Assembly: GCA_963666115.2 (NCBI GenBank)
Contig: CAXXET010000006.1
Span: 1 to 64,000 of the forward strand
Source: Dehalococcoidia bacterium
GTDB taxonomy: Bacteria; Chloroflexota; Dehalococcoidia; UBA6926
DNA length: 64,000 nt
Direction of reading: 5' to 3'
Part shown: positions 36,774-47,781 of the stretch, in pieces
How the letters are laid out: every line of letters starts with the position of its first letter
Numbering within the stretch: position 1 is the stretch's first letter
Program-made: the position numbers and the translations under genes
Notes under the pieces: generated by a model
Database searches by the model: none
The model's input: only the letters and a program-made list of their open reading frames with translations
What the model was told of the DNA's origin: nothing

Positions 36774-37303
36774 ATCTGCCGACGACAGCCCCAGCCGGCA
36801 CAACGGGCGGCGCCGGAGCGGTGTCGATCCGGGCGGTTGCCTCGCCTGAGGAGCAGGAGCGCTACGGCCACTGCTTCGGGTGCGGGGTCGCGAATGATTC
36901 CGGCCTGAACCTGGAGTTTGAGTCGCTTGAGGACGGAAGCGTCACAGCCCTCTACGTTCCCCAGGAGCGGCATCAGGGCTGGCCCAACGTACTCCATGGC
37001 GGCATCGTCGCCACCCTGCTGGATGAGGCGGCTGCCTACGTCGCCTACGCGCGCGGCCAACACGCTGCCACGGCGCGGCTCAACATCCGGTACAGCCGCC
37101 CCGCGCCGCTTGACACGCCCCTTCGCGTAACCGCAGCCCTTGTGAAAGACACGCGCCGCATGCTTACCATAGAAGCCCGCGTCACAACGCTCGAGGACGA
37201 GAAGATTGCCAGCGCTGAGGCCGCGCTCCTTCTCCTCACGCCTAGGCAAGAGCAGGAATACGGCCTGGTTCCGCTGGCCGGCGCGGCGAACAATGACAGC
37301 TAG
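36755..37303 (+). CDS. PaaI-family thioesterase (start uncertain, possibly GTG ~36821)
   Basis: CFGCG..N..GL, HQGWPNVLHGGIVATLLDE. Confidence 0.85.
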   Translation: MGDGHLNLPTTAPAGTTGGAGAVSIRAVASPEEQERYGHCFGCGVANDSGLNLEFESLEDGSVTALYVPQERHQGWPNVLHGGIVATLLDEAAAYVAYARGQHAATARLNIRYSRPAPLDTPLRVTAALVKDTRRMLTIEARVTTLEDEKIASAEAALLLLTPRQEQEYGLVPLAGAANNDS

Positions 37304-37330
37304 GACAGGGAGTAGAGAGGAAAAGGATAG

Positions 37331-38605
37331 ATGACGACGTTCCTGCAGACGAGCGAATCCGTGACAGAAGGCCATCCGGACAAACTGTGCGACCAGATTT
37401 CCGACGCGGTTCTTGACGCGATCTTCGCTGATGACCCCACCGCTCGCGTCGCGTGTGAAACCCTTGTCACCAGGGGCCTGGTCTTCGTAACCGGCGAGAT
37501 TACCACCAGCTCCTATGTCGATATCCAGGCCATCGTGCGGAATACCGTCAGGGAAGTGGGCTACACCGATTCCGACTACGGATTCGACGCAAATACCTGC
37601 GGGGTTATCGTCTCCATCAATGAGCAGTCGCAGGACATCAAGAGCGGTGTGGACGAAGCAGAGGAAATCCGCGGCGAGGGCGCTGCCGACGCCATTGCCA
37701 ACCTCGGAGCGGGCGACCAGGGCTCCATGGTGGGCTACGCCTGCCGTGAGACGGAGGACGCCCTTGGAACGGACAATGTTTTCATGCCGCTGCCCATCTA
37801 CCTGTCACACCGGTTGGCGGAGAAGCTGGCCGAAGTCCGCACCAACGGCTCGCTCCCATATCTCAGGCCCGACGGAAAATCCCAGGTCACCGTCGAATAC
37901 GAGGACGGCAAGGTGCGGCGCATCGACAGCATCACGTTGGCTGCCCAACATGACCCCGAAGTGAGCAATGACGCCCTCCGCCGCGACCTCAATGAGTTCG
38001 TCATCCGGGAGGTCGTGCCGCACAACCTCATGGATCGGGACACGAAGCTCCACATCAACTCCTCCGGTCGTTTCGTGATCGGCGGGCCAATGGCGGACGC
38101 CGGGCTGACCGGCCGCAAGATCCTCGTGGACACCTACGGCGCCGGCTACAAGCACGGCGGCGGCGCATTCTCCGGCAAGGACCCCACGAAAGTCGACCGC
38201 TCCGGCGCGTACTACGCGCGCTATGTGGCCAAGAACGTCGTCGCGGCTGGACTCGCTGAACGCTGCGAGATTCAACTCGCGTACGTCATTGGCCGGCGAG
38301 AACCCGCATCCGTCTCAATTGAGACGTTCGGCACGGGAACGATCCCCAATGAGAGGATTGAAGAGCTCGTTCGTGACAACTTTGACATGACCCCCGGCGC
38401 AATCATCACCCAGCTGGACCTCATGAGCGCGGACGCCGGCCGGCGGCCCCGCTATCGCCGGGTTGCGGCATACGGCCATTTCGGGCGCAACCACATCAAT
38501 CGCACCGATGGGAGCCGCATTGAAGTCCCCTGGGAGCGCACGGACAAGGCCGCGGCGCTTCGGCAAGCCGCCGGTCTCCCTGATCCTGCACGGCAGGACG
38601 GTTAG
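37331..38605 (+). CDS. metK: S-adenosylmethionine synthetase
   Basis: [33 protein letters not shown]. Confidence 0.97.
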   Translation: MTTFLQTSESVTEGHPDKLCDQISDAVLDAIFADDPTARVACETLVTRGLVFVTGEITTSSYVDIQAIVRNTVREVGYTDSDYGFDANTCGVIVSINEQSQDIKSGVDEAEEIRGEGAADAIANLGAGDQGSMVGYACRETEDALGTDNVFMPLPIYLSHRLAEKLAEVRTNGSLPYLRPDGKSQVTVEYEDGKVRRIDSITLAAQHDPEVSNDALRRDLNEFVIREVVPHNLMDRDTKLHINSSGRFVIGGPMADAGLTGRKILVDTYGAGYKHGGGAFSGKDPTKVDRSGAYYARYVAKNVVAAGLAERCEIQLAYVIGRREPASVSIETFGTGTIPNERIEELVRDNFDMTPGAIITQLDLMSADAGRRPRYRRVAAYGHFGRNHINRTDGSRIEVPWERTDKAAALRQAAGLPDPARQDG

Positions 38606-38614
38606 CCCGCCCGC

Positions 38615-39613
38615 GTGGCGAAGCCCATGCTGGACGGCCTCACCGCAGTCGTTCTCGCGGGCGGCGAGGGCACGCGCCTCCGCCCCCTCACCAATGACCT
38701 GCCAAAGCCCGTCCTCCCCGTCGCCAACCGTCCCTTTTTTGAGTACATGCTTGACCACCTGCGAGAGGCGGGCGTCACGCGCGTCATCATGGCGCTCGGC
38801 TACCGCGCGGAGCCGCTCATCGAGAGCTTTGGCGATGGTAGCGCCTACGGCCTCATGATTGACTACGTCGTTGAGCAAAAGCCCCTCGGCACGTCCGGCG
38901 CGGTCCGTGCTCTCCTGCCGGAACTCAAGGAAACCTTCCTCGTCCTCAATGGCGATTGCGTGACGGAGATCGACATTGCCGCCATGGTGAACCAGCACGT
39001 CGAGCGCCGAGAGTACGCCACCCTCGCCGTCCACTCTGTCGATGACCCCTCGCGCTACGGCGTCGTGCTCATCGACGGCATCGGATACGTCAACCGTTTC
39101 ATCGAGAAGCCGCCCGGCCCCCGCTTCCCCGCGCACACCGTCAACAGCGGCGTCTATGCGCTGGAGCCTGAGATGTTCAACTTCATCAGCGACGGCTTCT
39201 CCATGTTTGAAAAAGACCTGTTTCCTGCCGCGCTCATGGCCGGCGTCGAAATCGGAACCTTCCCCTGGGAGGGCTATTTCATGGACATGGGCACGCCGGA
39301 GAGCTTTCTGCAGCTCAACCGCGATGTCCTGACGGGCGCCGCCCCAACGCGCCGCCCGCCCGTTGAACCCGCGAATGCGCCCACAATCCACGAATCCGCC
39401 CATGTCGATGGCCCCGTTAGCTACGGCGAGGGCGTGTCCATCGGTGCGAATTGCCGCGTCAGTGGCCCCGTCGTTCTCGGCGACAGCGTCGTTGTCGAAG
39501 AGTCGGCGCACATTCAGGACAGCGTCATCCTTGCGAACTCGCGAATAGGAGCGAACGCGATTCTCAAAGGCGCAATCGTCGCTCAGGGTGAGACCGTTCT
39601 TGCAGCCGACTGA
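38615..39613 (+). CDS. NDP-sugar synthase (mannose-1-phosphate guanylyltransferase-like)
   Basis: VLAGGEGTRLRPLT..PKP, PLGTSGA, FIEKP, C-terminal hexapeptide repeats. Confidence 0.88.
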   Translation: MAKPMLDGLTAVVLAGGEGTRLRPLTNDLPKPVLPVANRPFFEYMLDHLREAGVTRVIMALGYRAEPLIESFGDGSAYGLMIDYVVEQKPLGTSGAVRALLPELKETFLVLNGDCVTEIDIAAMVNQHVERREYATLAVHSVDDPSRYGVVLIDGIGYVNRFIEKPPGPRFPAHTVNSGVYALEPEMFNFISDGFSMFEKDLFPAALMAGVEIGTFPWEGYFMDMGTPESFLQLNRDVLTGAAPTRRPPVEPANAPTIHESAHVDGPVSYGEGVSIGANCRVSGPVVLGDSVVVEESAHIQDSVILANSRIGANAILKGAIVAQGETVLAAD

Positions 39614-40853
39614 CAGCCCCGCCAGGGCAACCATCTACCAATTCCTTGACGGCCCGCGCCGCATCCTCCAATTCCGCGACTTCCGCGTGCTGTGGCCCGC
39701 CACCATGGCCATGTCCATGGGGTTCTGGATGCAGCAGCTCACACTGGGCTGGCTCGTGCTCCAGATGTCAGATTCCGCGTTCTGGGTGGGCGCGGCGGAG
39801 GCCGCCCGGCTCGCCCCGTTCCTGCTCTTTGGCCTCGTCGCGGGCACGATTGCCGACCGGCTTGAGCGCCGCATCCTCCTCCGCGTCATCGTCACCTGCA
39901 ACATCGTCCTGAGCGTCGCGCTCGGAATACTGGAACTGAACGGCCTGCTCAGCGTCCCCATCGCCATCGGCGGCGCATTCCTCTACGGAACCGTCAACGC
40001 CTTTCTCATGCCCACCCTCCAGGCGTACGTGCATGACATCGTCGGCAGCCGCCTGGTCGTCAACGGCCTCGCCCTCAACCAGTTCGCGCAGCGCCTCATG
40101 GGCGTCTTCGGCGGGCTGCTGGGCGGCGTGCTGCTCGCCGTGCTCGGCATTGGCGGAACGTTCCTCGTAATGGCGGGAGGATACACGATTGCGTTTGTCA
40201 TCCTTCTCTTTACACGCACCGCCTCCCGCCCCGGCTTCGGCGCGCCGGAGCAGCCGTCCGTCCGGCAGTCCTTTGGCGAAGCGCTCAGCCTAGTTGGCAG
40301 AAACCCCTCCGTGCGCGCGCTCCTGCTGCTGTCCGTCGCGACGGAGATATTCGCCTTCTCTCACATCGTCATGATCTCCATCTTCGCCCGTGACGTGCTG
40401 GAGATTGGCGAGCAGGGGTTCGGCATCATGGTCGCCGCCCGCGCAGTCGGCTCCGTAGTGGGCGTGGTGGCTCTTGCCGCCATCGGCGACCGTCTCCCAA
40501 AGGGCAAGACGCTGCTCGTTGCGAGCGCGTTATTCGGCCTCAGCCTTGCCGCCTTTGGCTCACAGCCGTGGATCATTACGGCGCTGGTGTTCCTGGGACT
40601 GGCCGGCACGATGGCCGCGATCTTCGACACGCTCCAGCAAGCCGCCTTGCAGCTAGCCGTAGGCAGTGATCAGCGGGGCAGGGCGATGGGCATCTGGGTC
40701 ATGGGTGTAGGCGCCGGCCCCGTCGGCCACCTGGAGGTCGGCTCGCTCTCCGATTTCACCAGCCCGCAATTCGCCGTCATCTTCAACGGCCTAATGCTGG
40801 TCATCTTCGTGATTCTCATCACAATGACCACCCCCCGCCTCCGCAGAATCTAA
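39588..40853 (+). CDS. MFS transporter (start uncertain)
   Basis: RDFRVLW, AGTIADRLERR, QRGRAMG; about 12 TM segments. Confidence 0.85.
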   Translation: MRPFLQPTDSPARATIYQFLDGPRRILQFRDFRVLWPATMAMSMGFWMQQLTLGWLVLQMSDSAFWVGAAEAARLAPFLLFGLVAGTIADRLERRILLRVIVTCNIVLSVALGILELNGLLSVPIAIGGAFLYGTVNAFLMPTLQAYVHDIVGSRLVVNGLALNQFAQRLMGVFGGLLGGVLLAVLGIGGTFLVMAGGYTIAFVILLFTRTASRPGFGAPEQPSVRQSFGEALSLVGRNPSVRALLLLSVATEIFAFSHIVMISIFARDVLEIGEQGFGIMVAARAVGSVVGVVALAAIGDRLPKGKTLLVASALFGLSLAAFGSQPWIITALVFLGLAGTMAAIFDTLQQAALQLAVGSDQRGRAMGIWVMGVGAGPVGHLEVGSLSDFTSPQFAVIFNGLMLVIFVILITMTTPRLRRI

Positions 40854-40862
40854 GCTGCGCTT

Positions 40863-40887
40863 GTCATTCTGAGCGCAGCGAAGAATC
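40863..40887. repeat. REP-like palindrome between convergent genes
   Basis: GTCATTCTGAGCGCAGCGAAGAATC, identical to the copies at 2496, 4194 and 14330. Confidence 0.85.
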
Positions 40888-40893
40888 CTCCCC

Positions 40894-41364
40894 CTACTCC
40901 CCCGCCGCCCCCAACTCCTCCCACAACTGCCGCGTCAGCGCCACGTGCCCCAAATGCTCCCCAAGATGCCGGATCATCACGGCCAGCATCCCCGCCCCCG
41001 TCGATTCATTCCCCACAAACTCCCGTTTGCTGGTCAACATCTCCGCAGTCGTCGTCGAAAGAGCCTCTTCAACCTTCGCCTGCGTCTCATCGATCAGCCT
41101 CAGAAGATCCGCAGACCGTGTGCCCACTGCGGCAAATTCCGCCGCCCGGTCGCGCTGCGGCTCCTCGCCCCGCGCAACGGCGCACATGCCGCCCGCCATC
41201 CCCATCATGTGCGACACGAGCATGTAGATCGAACTGCTCTCATCGCCCACCGGCCTCCAATTCAGCGCCTCGCCCTCCAGCCCATCCAGCGCCTGCCGCA
41301 GATCGTTCACCACGACCCTGAACTGGGCTTGAACCCCGGAAACAACCACCTCTGTCATCGTCAT
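40894..41364 (-). CDS. DinB/DUF664-family protein
   Basis: LNWRP..SSIYMLVSH, RDRAAEF, HLGEHLGH. Confidence 0.8.
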   Translation of the reverse strand: MTMTEVVVSGVQAQFRVVVNDLRQALDGLEGEALNWRPVGDESSSIYMLVSHMMGMAGGMCAVARGEEPQRDRAAEFAAVGTRSADLLRLIDETQAKVEEALSTTTAEMLTSKREFVGNESTGAGMLAVMIRHLGEHLGHVALTRQLWEELGAAGE

Positions 41365-41511
41365 CGTCGTATTCGCTTCCTATCCAAAAGAACCCGGTCT
41401 AACCCGCCATCCCCACCCAGCAGGGCAATAAGTGTAGCGGATTGGCGCGCCCCACGCGACGGTGCGGACGGGTAGTTCCAGCGCAATTTATCTGGTGGCG
41501 AGCCTCTTGAG

Positions 41512-42462
41512 TCAACGCTTGGTAATCTTGGGGCCGACGTAGACAACGTACAGGGGCGTATCGGCTCGTATTGGTGACGAGAAGTGAATCCGCAAATGGG
41601 ACGTACTGACTTTGCCGTGCCACGTGCAAAACAACTTCCTATCTGCGTTGGCGGGATGCCTGAAAGTAAGATCCGATTCAAACTGCGATTTCTCCGTTTC
41701 GGAAGAGTCCGAGAACCATGCCCTATCTCCCGTAAAGTGCCTCTGGTATAGGGCGTGGCCCTCCGGGCTTCGTTCTCCGCCCGCGTTGAAGCTCTGTTTC
41801 AGTTCGTTCAAGACGCCGAGTAAAGCCAGAATTCGATCCGCTGCTCCCGCGCCAAACGGATGTCCTCTAAGGGGAGCGAAACAATCGTCGGCAAGGACAA
41901 GAGCCTGATACCGTGATCGCGCACGCTGCTCAAGTGCCTCCCAAGAATTGAGCCGAGGGAGGGATGCTTCGAGGTCCGCCCGCAACGTGTCAACCTCCCA
42001 ATAGTTGGGGACGTCAACACTCCTGACCTCTCCCGCCTCATGCCATTCGACCGGCAGTGGAGATATTAGCCAAGACGAAGGGCTAAAGCTGACAAGACCC
42101 CGGGCTGAGTGGTGAAAAAGGCAGTAAGCAGCCTCTCCTACGCCAGAGTCCGTAACGATCTCACCCTGGCACTCCAGCCAGTCGCCGCCACCATGCTGCC
42201 TATCGTCCTCCCAAAAGGGTCCAGATTTGCTCAACCACGCCAATACTGACCTCTTGGCATTCTGGTTGAGGGAGTTGATGGCCTGTCGAAACGTGAGTTC
42301 CGCCGTTACGGGTGCGCTACTCAGGCCGTAGCGGCACTGTAAACCTCTATCGTATGACCGAGCGGATTCTCGCATGGTCAGAACATGGTCGAGCGCCGCT
42401 TGGAAGGCCGCAATATCCGGGAACTGCCCGTGCAACGATCGGTCGTTCAGGATCAGCTCCAT
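41512..42462 (-). CDS. Hypothetical protein; putative effector (NsnC-like) of a Menshen-like system
   Basis: Third gene of a tightly coupled triplet; C-terminal WHGK..LRIHF..VYVGPK resembles a RelE-like fold (inference). Confidence 0.55.
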   Translation of the reverse strand: MELILNDRSLHGQFPDIAAFQAALDHVLTMRESARSYDRGLQCRYGLSSAPVTAELTFRQAINSLNQNAKRSVLAWLSKSGPFWEDDRQHGGGDWLECQGEIVTDSGVGEAAYCLFHHSARGLVSFSPSSWLISPLPVEWHEAGEVRSVDVPNYWEVDTLRADLEASLPRLNSWEALEQRARSRYQALVLADDCFAPLRGHPFGAGAADRILALLGVLNELKQSFNAGGERSPEGHALYQRHFTGDRAWFSDSSETEKSQFESDLTFRHPANADRKLFCTWHGKVSTSHLRIHFSSPIRADTPLYVVYVGPKITKR

Positions 42463-42463
42463 G

Positions 42464-43606
42464 CTATTCCTCCGACCAACCTGCGAAGAATTCCATGTCT
42501 TTATCGAATTGGTCGAAGAACCCTTCCGGCCACTGGTCGATATTCCCCGCATCATCGATTGACGGGCTCAGCACCTGCGGTTCGCTATCCGACCGTGCCC
42601 TGAAGAAGTGGATGCCCACCGAGTCAGCAGGAATGCGCTTGTTCTTGACCGCGCGACGGATGCCGTTGAGCACGTGATCACTATGCGTCTCAACGAGAAC
42701 CTGGATGCCCGCTCCCGCAACGTCGGCTAGAAACTGTCCCATTAGGGCTTGACCGGCAGGATGAAGGTGAATTTCAGGGTTCTCGATCAGTAGAAGATCG
42801 CCCTTCTGCGCCGACAGCGCCGCGACGATAATTGGCAAGACCTGCGTCAGGCCGAACCCGGTATGAATGGGGCTATGAAATTCTGTTGCATCCGATGTGC
42901 GCAATCCCAGCGCCACGGCGTGTACCTGGGGCACCTGACCCAAACTAAGTCTAAAGCCTGGGAAGAGTGTTCTCATACGTTCCTCGACTTGCCGAAGGCG
43001 CGTTGGAGGTACACTTTCGATAACGAGCTCATCGATTACGGGATCATTCCGTCCCCAATGCAGTACGCTTACCGCACGTTCCCCCCGAGGGCCAACTCCG
43101 CGAACGGTACCGGAGTCTTCTAGGAAATAAGCCCCTTGGGGCGCAATCCGTTCCGCAGTGATATAGGACAGGCGGCGCAAACGCTCTATAAGAGGATTGA
43201 TCGACTCCGGGGTTTCCCGCGGGAGTAGGAAGCGGAGCTCGGCTGGATGATCCGACCGTTCGCCATTCGCCGTGATTTGCCCAACCGACATGGACATTTC
43301 ACCGCGTTCGCCAATGAACCTCCAATCAAGCTCAGCGTCCTCGTCTTGCACGGCAATCGAGAATTCGTTTGTGCCCTGCAGCCCATCGACCACGTCGGAG
43401 ACCGTCCCCATACGAATGGAGGAACCATTCAGGGCCAGCCGCGTTGCCCATTCCTGTTCCTGCATCGTCTGGTGCAACAAGACAAGCGCCTGCAAGACGG
43501 ACGACTTGCCCGACGAGTTCTGGCCTGTAAGGAGAGTCAGCGGGGTCAAGGGCAGTTGCAGTATCTCAAAGCACTTGAACAGCCGTAGGTCGACTCTAGT
43601 CAGCAT
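42464..43606 (-). CDS. AAA/ABC-type ATPase with DUF3696 C-terminus (NsnB-like)
   Basis: GQNSSGKS, GFGLTQVLP, IENPEIHLHP, VETHSDH, IDQWPEGFFDQ. Confidence 0.85.
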   Translation of the reverse strand: MLTRVDLRLFKCFEILQLPLTPLTLLTGQNSSGKSSVLQALVLLHQTMQEQEWATRLALNGSSIRMGTVSDVVDGLQGTNEFSIAVQDEDAELDWRFIGERGEMSMSVGQITANGERSDHPAELRFLLPRETPESINPLIERLRRLSYITAERIAPQGAYFLEDSGTVRGVGPRGERAVSVLHWGRNDPVIDELVIESVPPTRLRQVEERMRTLFPGFRLSLGQVPQVHAVALGLRTSDATEFHSPIHTGFGLTQVLPIIVAALSAQKGDLLLIENPEIHLHPAGQALMGQFLADVAGAGIQVLVETHSDHVLNGIRRAVKNKRIPADSVGIHFFRARSDSEPQVLSPSIDDAGNIDQWPEGFFDQFDKDMEFFAGWSEE

Positions 43607-44732
43607 TGAGTACCTCTTCCAGCATCTCGTGAGCCTCAGTGAATCGATAATTGACTTGCCCTACTCCATTCGTGGCGTATGTGATGGAATACGAGAAATC
43701 CTCATCCTCTAGCAAACGAACCAAGGCCCTTCGCAGATGCGGTGCCCGCTGCTTTACAACCTCTTCAGAATACTGGGACAACCCTGTGGACATGACATCC
43801 CACAGTGAAGCGTTCAGTACGCCACGATTCTCTTGTCCAAGTGAATGCTTGCGGAAGGCGTGCTTGCCAAAAACATGGTAGTTGTTCTTCAAGCTCTTTG
43901 CGAATGCTTCAGACAGGTTCGGCAACATACTCGGATCGCGGTTCATCTTGATCAATACGTTAGCCAAAAAATCGTCCATATCTTTGTATTCGCCAAGGCC
44001 TAGTATCTGAAAGGCACAGAACCGGTTGACAAACTCTCGATCCCGCATCGTAGTCTGCTTGAGACTCTTTCCGGTCGCTTGAAGGAAGAGCTCTGTTCTT
44101 GATTCTGCCTTCAAGAATCGAGTTGCCTCACCCATGTATAGGGAATTGCGCATTTGCTGACGAGTAAGCGGGACTCCACTGTTTACTCGCTCGAAAATGT
44201 CAAGTCTGGCTTGCGGGGGAACTTTGGAGTCGATTATGTAAAGAACCAAGTTAAAGTCTCCGACTCGTGTTTGTAGCTTAGGAGAGAGGTCCTTGAATTT
44301 CTTCCGATGCAGTTCGTTCCTATCCTCTAGACGAAGCGTGAGTTCATTGTTCATGAACCTCTGGAACGTAGAAAGTCTCTGCAAGCCATCGACGACAATC
44401 ATTCGCCCTTGCTCATCCTCCGCTAGGTAGAAAACCGGGAGTGGTATGCGCATCATTACTGATTCGATTAGCTTGCTTTGCTGTACCTCGTTCCAAACAA
44501 GTTCGCGCTGGAAGTCCGGATCCATGACAAACATGCCTTGCTTGATCCGCCGCAACACGTCATCCACCGTGCGTTGTTCATGCCGAATGAGCATCGTGTC
44601 GATGGGGTAATCGCCCCATTCCGATGGCCGATTGTCCTCCAAGCCTTCAACATCATCGTCCACGTCTCGCTCGATTGTCCCTACCATCATGTCCTCGCTA
44701 ACCGTTGTTCGCCAAGTTCGTTTCTCTTGCAT
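43596..44732 (-). CDS. DUF262 (ParB/GmrS-like) protein (NsnA-like); start may be ~44690
   Basis: PDFQRELVW, LIESVMMRIPLP, VDGLQRL, FERVNSG. Confidence 0.88.
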   Translation of the reverse strand: MQEKRTWRTTVSEDMMVGTIERDVDDDVEGLEDNRPSEWGDYPIDTMLIRHEQRTVDDVLRRIKQGMFVMDPDFQRELVWNEVQQSKLIESVMMRIPLPVFYLAEDEQGRMIVVDGLQRLSTFQRFMNNELTLRLEDRNELHRKKFKDLSPKLQTRVGDFNLVLYIIDSKVPPQARLDIFERVNSGVPLTRQQMRNSLYMGEATRFLKAESRTELFLQATGKSLKQTTMRDREFVNRFCAFQILGLGEYKDMDDFLANVLIKMNRDPSMLPNLSEAFAKSLKNNYHVFGKHAFRKHSLGQENRGVLNASLWDVMSTGLSQYSEEVVKQRAPHLRRALVRLLEDEDFSYSITYATNGVGQVNYRFTEAHEMLEEVLNAD

Positions 44733-44826
44733 TGTATACGAGTCGGCAAGGTTCGGCGGGGCTGTAGGCCGTACAATGCGTGGCGGAGTTTCTTAGTTGC
44801 CCTCCAGTGGCTCGCCCCGCCGTGCT

Positions 44827-45708
44827 CTACTCCGCCCGCCGCACCCGCACCACCCGCGCTATCCCGGCTAAATCCAGCGCCATATCCACCTCGGTGCCCG
44901 CCGGAAAGACCTCCCTGGCAACGTCCACCATCAACGGCGCCTGCCCGTACCCAACCTCCATCAGCAGGCGCCCGCCGGGGCGTATGTATAGGGGCGCGCC
45001 GCGAACGAGCCGTTCGGCGACCGTCATTCCACCCGCGCCGCCGTCCACCGCCACACGTGGCTCATGATCCCGTATCTCCGCCTGGAGTCCAGGGAGATTC
45101 TCCGCCGGGATATACGGCGGATTGGCGATGATGATGTCCACCGGCCCGGAAAGCGGCTCAAGCAAATCACCTGTAGTGAATGTGATTCGATCCGCCACCC
45201 CATGCCGCTCCGCGTTGGCCAGCGCGACCTCCAGCGCCTCAGCCGAAATGTCCGTCGCAATGAATCGCGCCTCTGTAAGCGCCGTCGCCGTCGCCACAAC
45301 GATGCAGCCGGAACCGGTTCCGATGTCGGCAATCAGCAGCCCCGTGCCTTTGCCGTGTACATCTCCCATGTCCGCGACCGCCGAGACAGCCTCTTCAACG
45401 AGGAGTTCGGTCTCCGGGCGAGGAATAAGCGCCCGCGCGTCCACGTAGAATGGCAGGCCATAGAACTCGCGCTCTCCTGTGATATAGAAGAGCGGCTCAC
45501 GGTTCAGCCGCCGCCCCAGCGCCTCTCGAAACCGCGTCTCCGTGTCTGCCGAGACGGCCTGATCAGGCTCCATCAATAGCGAATCGGGGGAAACGTCAAG
45601 CGCATGGGCAAGAAGTAGCCGCGCCTCAAGCGCAGCCGAATCGATTCCCGCCGCCTGTAGTTGGGCGCGCGCCTCGGTGAGCAGCGCGCGGGCCGGAGTC
45701 GAACTCAA
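44827..45708 (-). CDS. prmC: Release factor glutamine methyltransferase
   Basis: [19 protein letters not shown]; downstream of prfA. Confidence 0.95.
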   Translation of the reverse strand: MSSTPARALLTEARAQLQAAGIDSAALEARLLLAHALDVSPDSLLMEPDQAVSADTETRFREALGRRLNREPLFYITGEREFYGLPFYVDARALIPRPETELLVEEAVSAVADMGDVHGKGTGLLIADIGTGSGCIVVATATALTEARFIATDISAEALEVALANAERHGVADRITFTTGDLLEPLSGPVDIIIANPPYIPAENLPGLQAEIRDHEPRVAVDGGAGGMTVAERLVRGAPLYIRPGGRLLMEVGYGQAPLMVDVAREVFPAGTEVDMALDLAGIARVVRVRRAE

Positions 45709-46817
45709 GAGACCGATTCGGCCAGCAGCCGTTCCTGTTCAGCAGCGCGCAACGCGTCCAGCAGCGGATTCAACTCCCCGTCGGTCAACTTGTCGAGCGC
45801 ATGCAGCGTCAGCCCGATGCGGTGATCCGTCACGCGATTCTGCGGGAAGTTGTAGGTGCGAATCTTCTCGGATCGATCCCCCGTCCCCACCTGCGAGCGC
45901 CGCGTGCTCGCCAACTCCTGCTCCTGCTTCTGTGTCTCGATTTCCAGCAGGCGCGCCCGCAGAATAGCGATGGCTTTCGTCCGGTTCTGAAGCTGCGACC
46001 GCTCGTCCTGGCACGTCACGACGATGCCCGTCGGCGCGTGCGTCATCCGTATCGCCGTCGCCACCTTGTTCACGTTCTGGCCGCCCGCGCCGCCGGCATG
46101 GAACACGTCCACTCGCACGTCTGCCATGTTCAGTTCGACGTCCACTTCTTCCGCCACCGGCAGTACGGCCACCGTCGCCGTTGACGTATGAATGCGCCCC
46201 TGTGATTCCGTCTCCGGCACGCGCTGAACGCGATGTACCCCGGACTCATGCTTCAGCCACGCGTACGCTGACGCGCCCTGGACGCCGAACGTGACCTCCT
46301 TGAGGCCCCCGCCGCCCGTCTCGTTGGTGTTCATCAAGTCCGTCGACCACCCGCGCGACTGCGCATAGCGCGTGTACATGCGGAAGAGGTCTCCCGCGAA
46401 CAGCGCCGCCTCATCGCCGCCTGCTCCGGCGCGAATCTCCACGATGATGTCGCGGTCATCAAGCGGATCGCGCGGCGTCAGCGCAAGGCGCAGTTCATGC
46501 TCGAGGTCCTGCGCCGTCGCCGCCAGTTCCTCAGCCTCCGCCGCCGCCAAACCGGCCATTTCCTCGTCGCCGCCCTCAACCAACTCTCGCGCCTGTTGCA
46601 GATCGTCCAGGATCTTCTTGTAACGCCGGAACGATGTCACCGTCGGCTCCAGCGACGCCCGCTGGCGCGACAGTCCCTCCAGCCGCTTGTAATCGGCGGC
46701 AACGTCCGGCTGGGCCATCTCGGCCTCAAGATCCTCGAATCTGCCTTCGAGAACCTCAAGCGGTCCGATGATGGCAGCGTTGCCCAACCCGGAAGAATCG
46801 TCTGATTGATTGGTCAT
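45705..46817 (-). CDS. prfA: Peptide chain release factor 1
   Basis: [12 protein letters not shown] (PxT motif), [19 protein letters not shown]. Confidence 0.96.
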   Translation of the reverse strand: MTNQSDDSSGLGNAAIIGPLEVLEGRFEDLEAEMAQPDVAADYKRLEGLSRQRASLEPTVTSFRRYKKILDDLQQARELVEGGDEEMAGLAAAEAEELAATAQDLEHELRLALTPRDPLDDRDIIVEIRAGAGGDEAALFAGDLFRMYTRYAQSRGWSTDLMNTNETGGGGLKEVTFGVQGASAYAWLKHESGVHRVQRVPETESQGRIHTSTATVAVLPVAEEVDVELNMADVRVDVFHAGGAGGQNVNKVATAIRMTHAPTGIVVTCQDERSQLQNRTKAIAILRARLLEIETQKQEQELASTRRSQVGTGDRSEKIRTYNFPQNRVTDHRIGLTLHALDKLTDGELNPLLDALRAAEQERLLAESVS

Positions 46818-47650
46818 TGCAGCGTCCGCGCCTTGGCAACCATCTCCCGCACGCGGTCCCGGTCGACGGGCGCTTCCGTCACCCCGTCGACCTTAAGTGC
46901 CGTTCCGAGGATCGCCCCGTCCGAGAGCGGCAGCAGCTCGCCGACGTTGCCCGCGTCAAGCCCGCTGCCGATCAGAATCGGCCTGTCCGGCGTTGCGGTG
47001 CGAGCTCGCCACAGATCATCCGCGGATGTCGCCGCGCCGGTCTCATCGCCCGTCACGATCAGCGCGTCTGCCAGCCCTCGATACGCCGTTGACCGCGCCT
47101 CCAACTCCATCACCACGCCCGCGCCGACCGGATAGGCGTGCTTGCTCATCACGTCGGCAAAGATCGGCGTGCCGATGCCAAGCAGCCGGCGCTCGCGCAG
47201 CGCCTCGTACGCCGCTCCTTCGATAATGCCTTGGTCTGTCACCAAGGCCCCCGTCAAGACGTTCGTCCGCACAAAAGCCGCGCCGGTCGACGCCGCAATC
47301 GACAGCGCGGAGACAACATCGGCTCGCAGCACGTTGATGCCCACCCGGATGCGCGATTCCTGGTCGACCTCCCGCACCACGCCGTGAACGGCCAGAACGC
47401 CGATGGTCATTGCCGAAATCGTGGCGGGATGAACGCGCCCCGCCGCGTACGGAGCATCGCCAAAATTCTCCACGATGATGCCGTCGATGCCCTCTTCAGA
47501 GAGCACACGCGCATCATCCATGGCCCGCTTGATCACGTCATCGATGTTGCCACCCCACCGCGGCGTGCCGGGCAACGGCGCAAGATGCACCATCCCAATC
47601 AACGGGCGTGGAACGTGAAAAAGCTCGGCAAACTGATTCATAGCTGTCAT
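46814..47650 (-). CDS. BtpA/SgcQ family protein
   Basis: [33 protein letters not shown]. Confidence 0.88.
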   Translation of the reverse strand: MTAMNQFAELFHVPRPLIGMVHLAPLPGTPRWGGNIDDVIKRAMDDARVLSEEGIDGIIVENFGDAPYAAGRVHPATISAMTIGVLAVHGVVREVDQESRIRVGINVLRADVVSALSIAASTGAAFVRTNVLTGALVTDQGIIEGAAYEALRERRLLGIGTPIFADVMSKHAYPVGAGVVMELEARSTAYRGLADALIVTGDETGAATSADDLWRARTATPDRPILIGSGLDAGNVGELLPLSDGAILGTALKVDGVTEAPVDRDRVREMVAKARTLQ

Positions 47651-47781
47651 GCCGTCAAGTCTATGGTCGCGTCGTGGTGGGCGGCAAGGGCAGGGCGCGC
47701 CCCGTTACAATCAAGAGACCATGTCACGCGCAGCATTCATCATTCCGAAAGTGACCGCGCCAACTCCGCTGGCATAATTCG

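Noticed and set aside
35468-37330. SAM/SAH riboswitch before ahcY or metK
   Set aside because: Intergenic gaps are only ~30 bp and show no recognisable aptamer.
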